From Propionibacterium freudenreichii subsp. freudenreichii (GTDB lineage Bacteria; Actinomycetota; Actinomycetes; Propionibacteriales; Propionibacteriaceae), in contig NZ_CP010341.1 of assembly GCF_000940845.1 (NCBI RefSeq), forward strand, positions 2,250,001-2,282,000: a DNA stretch of 32,000 nucleotides, written 5' to 3'. The translations under genes and the position numbers were made by a program. The notes beneath the pieces are model-generated. The model was not told the DNA's origin and did not search any database. It saw only the letters and a list, made by a program, of their open reading frames with translations. Position 1 is the stretch's first letter. Each line of letters begins with the position of its first letter. This document shows, in pieces, positions 17,314 to 24,194 of this stretch.

Positions 17314-18031
17314 CAGGCTCACCATCTCCACTGTCAGCGTCCGATACCTCTTCCGGCTGCGTGAACGGCTCAAACCACGTCGCCGGCGGCGAATCAGGTG
17401 CCGCGTCATCGAACAGGATGCCGAAGTCGGCTCCTTGGTCGAAAGCGAACTCGTGCTTGAATGCCGAGATCAGCTCGCTGAGGCCACCATCACCGGCGAA
17501 CACGAACCCGTCGTTACGCAGATAGAACGCAGCGAGGGCCCATGCGGGCACTCGCTTCCCGTACAGCAGCTTCGCGAGCGCCTGAGTCGCGTGGTCAACG
17601 GGAAGCACGTACTTTCCATCATCGACCATGAATCCTGCAGTGGTGCGAATCGAGCTGGGCGCGTAACTGCCGGCGAGGTTCTTGTTGTACCAGTAGCCGC
17701 TTTCGCTCTTCTTCTTCGTGGAGGAGAATGGTCGGTAGTTCGGCTTGTTCGGCGGCCCGCCGGGCATGTCGAGGAGACGGGCCACCTCGTGCCAGTCCGG
17801 CCGGACTTCTTCCCCTGGATTCATCGAGGCGGCGAGTCGGCGAACCTCGAGATAGGCCGGGAACAGCTCGTGGATGCGCCGCTCCTTCAGCGTGGTGATG
17901 CCGTCCTTGACGACGGGAATGGCCACCACGTGCATCGTCGGGACATTGGGATCGGGCACTGCTTCTGCTGACCTCTGATGCTCATCGCCTGTCGGCAGTT
18001 CTTCCTCCGAGACGCTCACCTTTGGCACCAT
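17306..18031 (-). CDS. Hypothetical 241-aa protein, first gene of the McrBC-like operon; candidate detached DNA-recognition subunit
   Basis: The ORF has island-type codon usage and an acidic C-terminal tail (EEVSDADSGDGEPDD). It is translationally coupled to the McrB-like gene. I recognise no family from the sequence. Confidence 0.65.
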   Translation of the reverse strand: MVPKVSVSEEELPTGDEHQRSAEAVPDPNVPTMHVVAIPVVKDGITTLKERRIHELFPAYLEVRRLAASMNPGEEVRPDWHEVARLLDMPGGPPNKPNYRPFSSTKKKSESGYWYNKNLAGSYAPSSIRTTAGFMVDDGKYVLPVDHATQALAKLLYGKRVPAWALAAFYLRNDGFVFAGDGGLSELISAFKHEFAFDQGADFGILFDDAAPDSPPATWFEPFTQPEEVSDADSGDGEPDD

Positions 18032-18151
18032 ACCGAACGACCTCGGGCGGTATGGCGTTCACGCCACCTTTTTCCATCATCCCTGCCACCCTTGGACCAC
18101 CGGGGCAGGGGTGTGGGCGACAGGGACGGCGTGTGGTGTGGGACCCTCGGG

Positions 18152-18498
18152 ATGAGAGAGGACCTAGATGTAGTTGGTCATGACGTTGTCGACGCCGGTG
18201 TGGAGGCGTGAGGCCGGGGGCTGCTCCATTTGCAGTGTTCGATGACCACGAGGCGTTCCCCACGTTGGCGGCGAAGGCCGCCCGTCTGGCGTTCGGTGTC
18301 GCGGAGGCCCAGGCGTTCGAGGACGGCAACAAGCGGTTGGCTCTGGAGTCGGCCCTGCTGTTCTTGGAGATCAACGGAGCAGTGCTCGACATGAGTCAGG
18401 ACCATGCCGCACACCTCATATGGTCGGTGGCGACAAAAGACGTCAGTCTGGATCAACTGATCATCGAGTTCAGTTCCTGCATCACGATCGGCGCTTGA
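18152..18498 (+). pseudogene. Doc (death-on-curing, Fic-fold) toxin homologue. It is frameshifted, its catalytic His is replaced by Gln, and its stop codon is supplied by the IS3 end.
   Basis: The 18208..18498 product aligns to P1 Doc (AQAFEDGNKRLALESALLFLEINGAVLD vs GHIFNDANKRTALNSALLFLRRNGVQVFD). The N-terminal part MREDLDVVGHDVVDAG is in another frame (18152-18211). The frame change lies at about 18195-18207. Confidence 0.72.
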
Positions 18499-18556
18499 CC
18501 CCTGATCTTGGACACGCTGATTCCAGCACGGCGCTGGGGAAGCGAGAATTCAAGGG

Positions 18557-18886
18557 ATGGCAAGGAAGAACTACACGGACGAGTTCCGGCAGCGGGCGGT
18601 GGACTTGTACGAGTCCACGCCCGGCGGGACGTTGAAGGGCATCGCAGCGGACCTGGGTATCTCCCGCGGCGCGCTGCGGGAGTGGGTCGAGAAGCATGGC
18701 TCGGGCACGACGACCGCCGACAGCATGTCGCCGCCCACGTCGGGTCGGTCAGAGTCCCAGGCAGCGCGGATCGCGCGGCTCGAGGCCGAGCTGGCCCAGT
18801 CGAGGGCGGAGAAGCTGAAGCTCGAGACGGAGCGGGACATCCTCCGTCAGGCGGCGAAGTATTTCGCCGGGGAGACGAACTGGTGA
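18557..18886 (+). CDS. IS3-family transposase OrfA (HTH)
   Basis: MARKNYTDEFRQRAVDLYESTPGGTLKGIAADLGISRGALREWVEKHG followed by a leucine-zipper-like tail. This is typical of IS3 OrfA. Confidence 0.9.
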   Translation: MARKNYTDEFRQRAVDLYESTPGGTLKGIAADLGISRGALREWVEKHGSGTTTADSMSPPTSGRSESQAARIARLEAELAQSRAEKLKLETERDILRQAAKYFAGETNW

Positions 18887-19803
18887 ACCGCTTCCAGTTC
18901 GTCGAGGACCACAAGGACGCCTACGGCGTGAAGCGGTTGTGCGAGGTCATCGAGATCGCGAGGTCGTCGTTCTACGCCTGGCTCGCGGCGGCCCCGGGAC
19001 GGGCGGCGAGAGCGGCCGAGGACGCGGCCCTCGCCGCGCGGATCCGGGTGCTGCAGGACCCCGCCCAGGGCGGCGACCGCGCCTACGGGGCACCGCGGAT
19101 CACCGCCGACCTCAACGACGGCGTCACCGCTGCCGAGCGGGTGAACCACAAGCGGGTCGCCCGGGTGATGCGCGCGCATCAGCTCGCGGGGATCCGGCTA
19201 CGCCGGCGGGTGAAGACCACGATCCCGGACCAGTCCGGACGCCGCTTCCCCGACCTGATCGGGAGGGATTTCTCCATCGGCGAGCCGAACCGCCGGTATG
19301 TCGGCGATATCACCTACCTTCCCATCGCCGACGGGTCGAACCTGTACCTCGCGACCTGCATCGACCTCGGCTCCCGGAAGCTCGCGGGTTGGCAGATCGC
19401 AGACCACATGCGCACCGAACTCGTCGAGGATGCACTCCGCGCCGCGGCCCGCGACCGCGGGACGCTGGCCGGCGCGATCTTCCACAGCGACCACGGCAGC
19501 GTCTACACCTCGAAGGCCTACGCAACCCTCTGCGAGCACCTGGGCGTGACCCAGTCCATGGGTGCGGTGGGCACGAGCGCCGACAACTCCCTTGCGGAGA
19601 GCGTCAACGCGACGCTCAAACGCGAGCTCCTCGAAGGCGCTTCAGCGTTCCCCGACCAGGCCACCGCCTACCGGGCCGTGTTCCGGTGGGCGAACCGCTA
19701 CAACACCCGACGGCGCCACTCCGCGATCGGCCACATCAGCCCGAGCACCTACGAAGCCGCCTACGCGGCGACCGCGTCCGCTACCCTCACGGAAGCGGCA
19801 TAA
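18883..19803 (+). CDS. IS3-family transposase OrfB (DDE/rve integrase core), probably expressed as an OrfAB fusion by -1 frameshifting
   Basis: The frame is -1 relative to orfA and open across the overlap. The DDE region reads YVGDITYLPI...HSDHGSVYTS...ADNSLAESVNATLKRE. A GTG at 18883 is in frame. Confidence 0.9.
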   Translation: MNRFQFVEDHKDAYGVKRLCEVIEIARSSFYAWLAAAPGRAARAAEDAALAARIRVLQDPAQGGDRAYGAPRITADLNDGVTAAERVNHKRVARVMRAHQLAGIRLRRRVKTTIPDQSGRRFPDLIGRDFSIGEPNRRYVGDITYLPIADGSNLYLATCIDLGSRKLAGWQIADHMRTELVEDALRAAARDRGTLAGAIFHSDHGSVYTSKAYATLCEHLGVTQSMGAVGTSADNSLAESVNATLKRELLEGASAFPDQATAYRAVFRWANRYNTRRRHSAIGHISPSTYEAAYAATASATLTEAA

Positions 19804-19907
19804 CCCCGAACCGACACCGTGTCCACGATCGCGGGTCAAGGCCCCGCTACCCTCACGGAAGCGGCATAACCGAACCGACACCGTGTCCACGATCGCGGGT
19901 CAAGGCC
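19778..19907 (+). repeat. Tandem duplication (66 + 64 bp) of the IS3 right end
   Basis: 19778-19843 and 19844-19907 are identical except for a CC indel. Each copy contains the last orfB codons, the TAA stop, the IRR and 5 flanking nt (AGGCC). Confidence 0.92.
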
Positions 19908-19956
19908 CGAGATCCAGCTGCACGGAACGCTCCCCTCACCGATCACCCTGTGGTCG

Positions 19957-20379
19957 ATGCAGCATCGCAGCGTGTGGCAGATACTGAAATCGGGCAAGGT
20001 CTACCGGCCACGCGAGGAACACTGTTGGCCCGCCGTGGAGGAGGGACCCACCGCCGCCCCCCAAGACCTGCGTGCGCAATTTGCCCGCGCCTATGACTGG
20101 ATGGCCGAACGGATCGACCACCGCGATCCCCGTCCCGACCCCTCGCTGCGTTGGCCGGTGTGGGCCTACTGGTCGCTGGGCCCGTCCGGGATGGGCAAGC
20201 CCGACCTGCGGAGCCTGCGGCAGCTCGAACCCGGCGTCATGCTCGAATTGCGCGTGGACGCAGCGCGGGTCCTCCTGTCCGACATGGACGGCTGGCATGG
20301 TCCCTTGAACGACTCGTTCTGGGGGCCCGGGGAGCCACCCTTCGACGAGGACCGCCCGACCAGTTCCCTGAGCCATTGA
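19957..20379 (+). CDS. DUF3841-like protein
   Basis: 140 aa. The block PVWAYWSL...VMLELRVDAARVLLSDMDGWHGPLN resembles the DUF3841 pattern as I recall it. The frame stays open upstream (..ITLWSMQ), so the true 5' end is uncertain. Confidence 0.55.
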   Translation: MQHRSVWQILKSGKVYRPREEHCWPAVEEGPTAAPQDLRAQFARAYDWMAERIDHRDPRPDPSLRWPVWAYWSLGPSGMGKPDLRSLRQLEPGVMLELRVDAARVLLSDMDGWHGPLNDSFWGPGEPPFDEDRPTSSLSH

Positions 20380-20484
20380 TCGCACGGTGCTCCCTTTGTA
20401 CGAGCACCCGGCCGACAGGTCGGGCGGCCAGGCTCTCCCCGAGGGGGATATCCCCAAGGCGTTGCCCGATGAGAAGATGCCGCC

Positions 20485-21585
20485 ATGGGCTTTTCAATGA
20501 GGATGAGCAAGGGCGTGCGGGTGCGGGCCTCCAGTCGCGGCCTTCGGGTCAGCGTTGGCCCACGGGCTGCGCGCGTCCATTTCGGCACGGGCCGCGCCGG
20601 CATCTCGACCGGCGCCGGACCATTGACGGTCTACGCGCCGCTCGGCGGCGGCGGGCGCGGCACCTCGACCTCGTCGGCATCGCGCCAGCTGCGGGGAGCC
20701 ACGAATGGCCTGCAGGGGTCATCGAAGGCTGAGCAGATCCGCGCGCTTGCCGAAGCGATCCAGAAGATCCTGTCCCTGCACCGCGAAGACTTCACCGTGG
20801 CCACCCACCCGCAGATTCCCCGGCCCGCCGTCCCGTCAGCCGACACCTTGGCGCAGAAGTACGAGACACAGGTCGTCTCGCAGTTCAACATCCTGCAACG
20901 ACGCCAGCGACGCGAGGCCCGGGCGCAGATTCCCCAGCTGGTCGAGACGGAGCGCCAGCAGCTCATCGCGCAAGCCGAGGCGGACCGCCAGGAACTGCAG
21001 CAGGCGTGGGACAGCTTCTGGACCGGATTGGTGGCCAATGATCCCGCGACGGTGATGGCCGCCCTGGGGGCAGCGTTCGAGGACAATGAGGCAGCTGCGG
21101 CCGCCGTGGGCGTCCACGGGGACGAGTTGTCCCTGACGGTCGAAGTGCCCGGCATCGACGTCGTGCCGACCCGCATGCCCGGCACGACCGCCGCAGGGAA
21201 CCCGTCGTTGAAGAAGGCCACCAAGACCGAGCTCAATGACCTCTACCTGTTGATGGTCAGCGGCTATGTGTTGGTGACCGTCAAGGAGGCCCTCGCCACG
21301 GCCCCGGCGATCGGGAGCGTGCACATCGTCGCGTTCCGCCAGACGCGGCCCGACGCCTACGGGCATGTGTCCGCCGAGGCGGTGCTGGCCGCGTCGTTCA
21401 CGCGTGGCTCGCTGACCGGCATCCAGTGGCAGACCGCCAACGCGATCCAGATCCTCAACGATGCGTCCACGGAACTGGTGTGCATCCAGCAGGGCGCCGC
21501 CCGTGAACTGAAGCCGATTGACCCCGGAGCCAATCCCGAGATTGCCGAGTTGCTTGCTGCGGTCGACGTCGAGACGAACTCGTAG
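20485..21585 (+). CDS. DUF4236 domain-containing protein
   Basis: The N-terminus MGFSMRMSKGVRVRASSRGLRVSVGPRAARVHFGTGRAG matches the DUF4236 repeat-like motif. It is followed by a coiled-coil-like Q/R/E region and an alpha/beta C-terminal domain. Confidence 0.7.
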   Translation: MGFSMRMSKGVRVRASSRGLRVSVGPRAARVHFGTGRAGISTGAGPLTVYAPLGGGGRGTSTSSASRQLRGATNGLQGSSKAEQIRALAEAIQKILSLHREDFTVATHPQIPRPAVPSADTLAQKYETQVVSQFNILQRRQRREARAQIPQLVETERQQLIAQAEADRQELQQAWDSFWTGLVANDPATVMAALGAAFEDNEAAAAAVGVHGDELSLTVEVPGIDVVPTRMPGTTAAGNPSLKKATKTELNDLYLLMVSGYVLVTVKEALATAPAIGSVHIVAFRQTRPDAYGHVSAEAVLAASFTRGSLTGIQWQTANAIQILNDASTELVCIQQGAARELKPIDPGANPEIAELLAAVDVETNS

Positions 21586-21648
21586 GCCGCTGCGGGGTCC
21601 TGCGCATCGGGTGGCCCCGGAGAGATCGCCCTGCCCGGGTGCCAGGAC

Positions 21649-21733
21649 CCACTGAATGGTCAACTGTGCGGCAATGACGCCGCACAACTGTCCACTTAGT
21701 CGATGTTTCGCGCCTGGACGACGACCTCGGCGG
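21649..21733 (-). repeat. Palindromic intergenic repeat, copy B (extended 85-nt unit)
   Basis: CCACTGAATGGTCAACTGTGCGGCAATGACGCCGCACAACTGTCCACTTAGTCGATGTTTCGCGCCTGGACGACGACCTCGGCGG. The core is the reverse complement of copy A. Confidence 0.88.
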
Positions 21734-21800
21734 GATCCACGTCCGGGCCGCATCCGCGCTGCACCCGGGCCCCGGATCAGGCTCCCGAGGCCCTGATCGT

Positions 21801-21885
21801 CCACTAAATGGTCAACTGTGCGGCAATGACGCCGCACAACTGCCCACTGAGTCGATGTTTCACGCCTGGACGACGACCTCGGCGG
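21801..21885 (-). repeat. Palindromic intergenic repeat, copy C (direct repeat of copy B, 152 bp downstream)
   Basis: CCACTAAATGGTCAACTGTGCGGCAATGACGCCGCACAACTGCCCACTGAGTCGATGTTTCACGCCTGGACGACGACCTCGGCGG. It differs from copy B at 4 of 85 positions. Confidence 0.88.
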
Positions 21886-22062
21886 TGCCCCGCCCCCAGC
21901 CGCACCGAGCCACCAGCCACCCCACCCCGCAAGGCCCATCACGCCGGTAGGGAAATCGTTCACCACCCACGGCATTTCGCGGAAATTCTCCAATGGTTGG
22001 CGGTAACGTGTGTGTCGTAGTCGCGTTAACCCACACATCCTCTGCCCAAGGAGGACCCGACG

Positions 22063-23570
22063 ATGACCACCCACGACAACAACTCAACAGCGTCCACAAT
22101 TCCGGAAAAGCCAACGAAGACGCCGCCCCTTGCGCCGGTGCGCGTCAAGATATTCTTTGATTGGAAACGCGCACTCATCCCGGTGATTATCGGTCTGGGA
22201 ATGCTCCTCATCCCCACTCCGGGCGGCCTCGAGCCGCGCGCCTGGCACATGCTGGCCCTGTTCGTGGCCACGATCGTCGCCATCATCGCCAAGGTGATGC
22301 CGATGGGCGCGGTCTGCCTGGTGGCGCGACCATCTCGGGGCTGTTCGGGCTCACCCCGGTGGTGCCCGGCAAGGGCGACGTCGGCATGCTCTCCGGCTTC
22401 GCCAACTCCACCATCTGGCTCATCGGCATCGCCATGCTGCTCTCCCGGGCCGTGATCAAGACCGGTCTGGGACGACGCGTCGCGCTGTTCTTCATCTCCG
22501 TGTTCGGCAAGAAGATGATCGGCGTCGCCTACGGATTCGCGCTCGCCGACCTCGTGTTGGGGCCCGGAATCCCCTCGGCATCTGCCCGCGGCGGCGGCAT
22601 CATGTACCCCATCATGCAGTCGGTGGCGACCGCCTACGGGTCCGAACCCGGGCCGACGGCCCGCAAGGCAGGATCGTTCCTGGCCATCGCCATCTCGCAG
22701 ATCGACACCATCGTCTGCGCCATGTTCCTCACCGCCATGGCCGGCAACCCGATCATGGCCTCGCTGGCCGGCGACCTGGGCGTGCACATGAGTTGGACGT
22801 CGTGGTTCGTCGGCGCGATCGTGCCGGGCCTGGTGGCACTCATCGCACTTCCCTATTTCCTCTACAAGATCTATCCGCCGGAAATCAAGGACTCCCCCGA
22901 AATCGCGGCCTTCGCCCGCGGTGATCTCAAGGACATGGGCCCGATGTCACGCGCCGAAAAGGTGCTGACGGCCGATTTCGTATTGCTCCTGCTGCTGTGG
23001 ATCGTCGGCGATATGGCATTCGGAATCAATGCCACCGTGTCGGCATTCATCGGCCTGGCGATTTTGATGGTCACCTCCATCATGACCTGGGAGGACATCA
23101 TCAAGGAGAAGGCCGCCTGGAACACCATCTTCTGGTTCGCCGTGCTGGTGATGATGGCCGGCGCGCTCAACACCTACGGCGTCGTGGGGTGGATCGCCAA
23201 GGGCATCGCCCGCGGCGTGGGCGGCATCGGCTGGCACATGGGCCTGGTAGTGCTGATCCTCGTGTTCTTCTACACCCGCTATTTCTTCGCCTCGGCGGTC
23301 GCCCACATCTCCGCGATGTACGCGGCCTTCCTGGCCACGGCGCTTGCCCTCGGGGCGCCGCCCATGCTCGCGGCCATGTCGCTGGCCTATACGGCCCTGC
23401 TCAGCATGGGGCTCACCCAGTACTCCGGCGGCCCCGGCCCGGCCCTGTTCGGCTCGGGCTACAACTCCACCGGACGCTGGTGGGGCGTCAGCTTCCTGTG
23501 CTCCATCCCCTCGCTGCTCATCTGGTTCGTGGTCGGCGGCGCATGGTTCAAGGTGATCGGCTGGTGGTGA
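22063..23570 (+). pseudogene. DASS-family (SLC13-like) anion:cation symporter with one frameshift near codon 87 (pseudogene or sequencing error)
   Basis: AAGGAGG lies upstream of ATG 22063. The N-terminal 86 aa are in frame 1 (..AKVMPMGAVCLV). The rest follows track ORF 22161..23570 (..TISGLFGLTPVV...SARGGGIMYPI...LTQYSGGPGPALFGSGY). Restoring one G at CTGGTGGCGCG (22318-22328) joins the frames. Confidence 0.8.
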
Positions 23571-23610
23571 CCGGCCCCCGGTGACCGACCCCGCCGGCGG
23601 ACGAACATCG

Positions 23611-23660
23611 CCACAGTGGGCAGTTGTGCGGCGTCATTCCCGCACAACTGCCCACCCAGT
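23611..23660 (+). repeat. Palindromic intergenic repeat, copy D; perfect 14-bp stem between convergent genes (probable terminator)
   Basis: GGGCAGTTGTGCGG (23618-23631) and CCGCACAACTGCCC (23640-23653) pair around the 8-nt loop CGTCATTC. The hairpin lies between the DASS stop (23570) and the ribH stop (23727). Confidence 0.88.
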
Positions 23661-23726
23661 GCCGCTAATGGCTCCGACCGGGAAAGTCCGGTCGCTCACC
23701 CGTCATGTCCCGCGAGGCCGCAGCCC

Positions 23727-24194
23727 TCACAACTCGCGCAGCGCCAACACCGTCGCGATCGCGGCCTCAGCGGCCTGGGCACCCTTGTCCTCGGTGGATC
23801 CGGGCAGTCCGGCACGCGCCAGCGCCTGGGCCTCGTCGTCGCAGGTGAGCACGCCGAAGCCCACCGGCACGCGCGTCTGCAGGGCCACCTCGGTGAGCCC
23901 CGACGTCGCCGCCTGGCACACATAGTCGAAGTGTGGCGTGCCCCCGCGAATCACCACGCCGAGCGCCACCACGGCGTCGGCGCCTGCCGAGGCCGCCTTC
24001 ATCGCGGCCACCGGCAACTCGAACGAACCGGGCACCCGCACCACCTGCGGGTCCGCCACCCCCGCCGCCGCCAACGCCCGCAACGCGCCGCCCAGCAGGC
24101 CCTCCATCACCGTGGTGTGCCAGCTGGCCGCCACCACGACGATGCGCATGCCACTTCCATCCACCGACAACGCCGGTGCGCCAACCCCACTCAT
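23727..24194 (-). CDS. ribH: 6,7-dimethyl-8-ribityllumazine synthase
   Basis: Start at MSGVGAP (ATG complement of 24192-24194) with AAGGAGG upstream. [18 protein letters not shown]...[10 protein letters not shown]...[20 protein letters not shown] is the lumazine synthase core. Confidence 0.92.
   Translation of the reverse strand: MSGVGAPALSVDGSGMRIVVVAASWHTTVMEGLLGGALRALAAAGVADPQVVRVPGSFELPVAAMKAASAGADAVVALGVVIRGGTPHFDYVCQAATSGLTEVALQTRVPVGFGVLTCDDEAQALARAGLPGSTEDKGAQAAEAAIATVLALREL

Larger units (their letters stand above)
18496..19838 (+). mobile_element. IS3-family insertion sequence (a second copy of the right end extends to 19902)
   Basis: IRL is TGACCCCTGATCTTGGACACGCTG (18496->). IRR, reverse complement from 19838, is TGACCCGCGATCGTGGACACGGTG. 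The ends are TG...CA, and orfA/orfB are arranged with a -1 frame offset. Confidence 0.9.

Noticed and set aside
12219-19907. Composite transposon formed by the two flanking IS elements
   Set aside because: The flanking elements belong to different families (ISL3 vs IS3) with unrelated inverted repeats, and no shared target-site duplication brackets the segment. It is better described as an IS-bounded island or rearrangement.
21649-21885. Possible CRISPR array (palindromic repeats with regular spacing)
   Set aside because: There are only two copies. The units are 85 nt with a 67-nt spacer, which is too long for CRISPR. The same core occurs singly at unrelated loci, and there are no cas genes in the window.
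20836-22074. 412-aa minus-strand ORF spanning the DUF4236 gene and the repeat region
   Set aside because: It is antisense to the DUF4236 gene. It reads straight through both copies of the intergenic repeat, giving the recurring VVRRHCRTVDH peptide, which shows the frame is fortuitously open.
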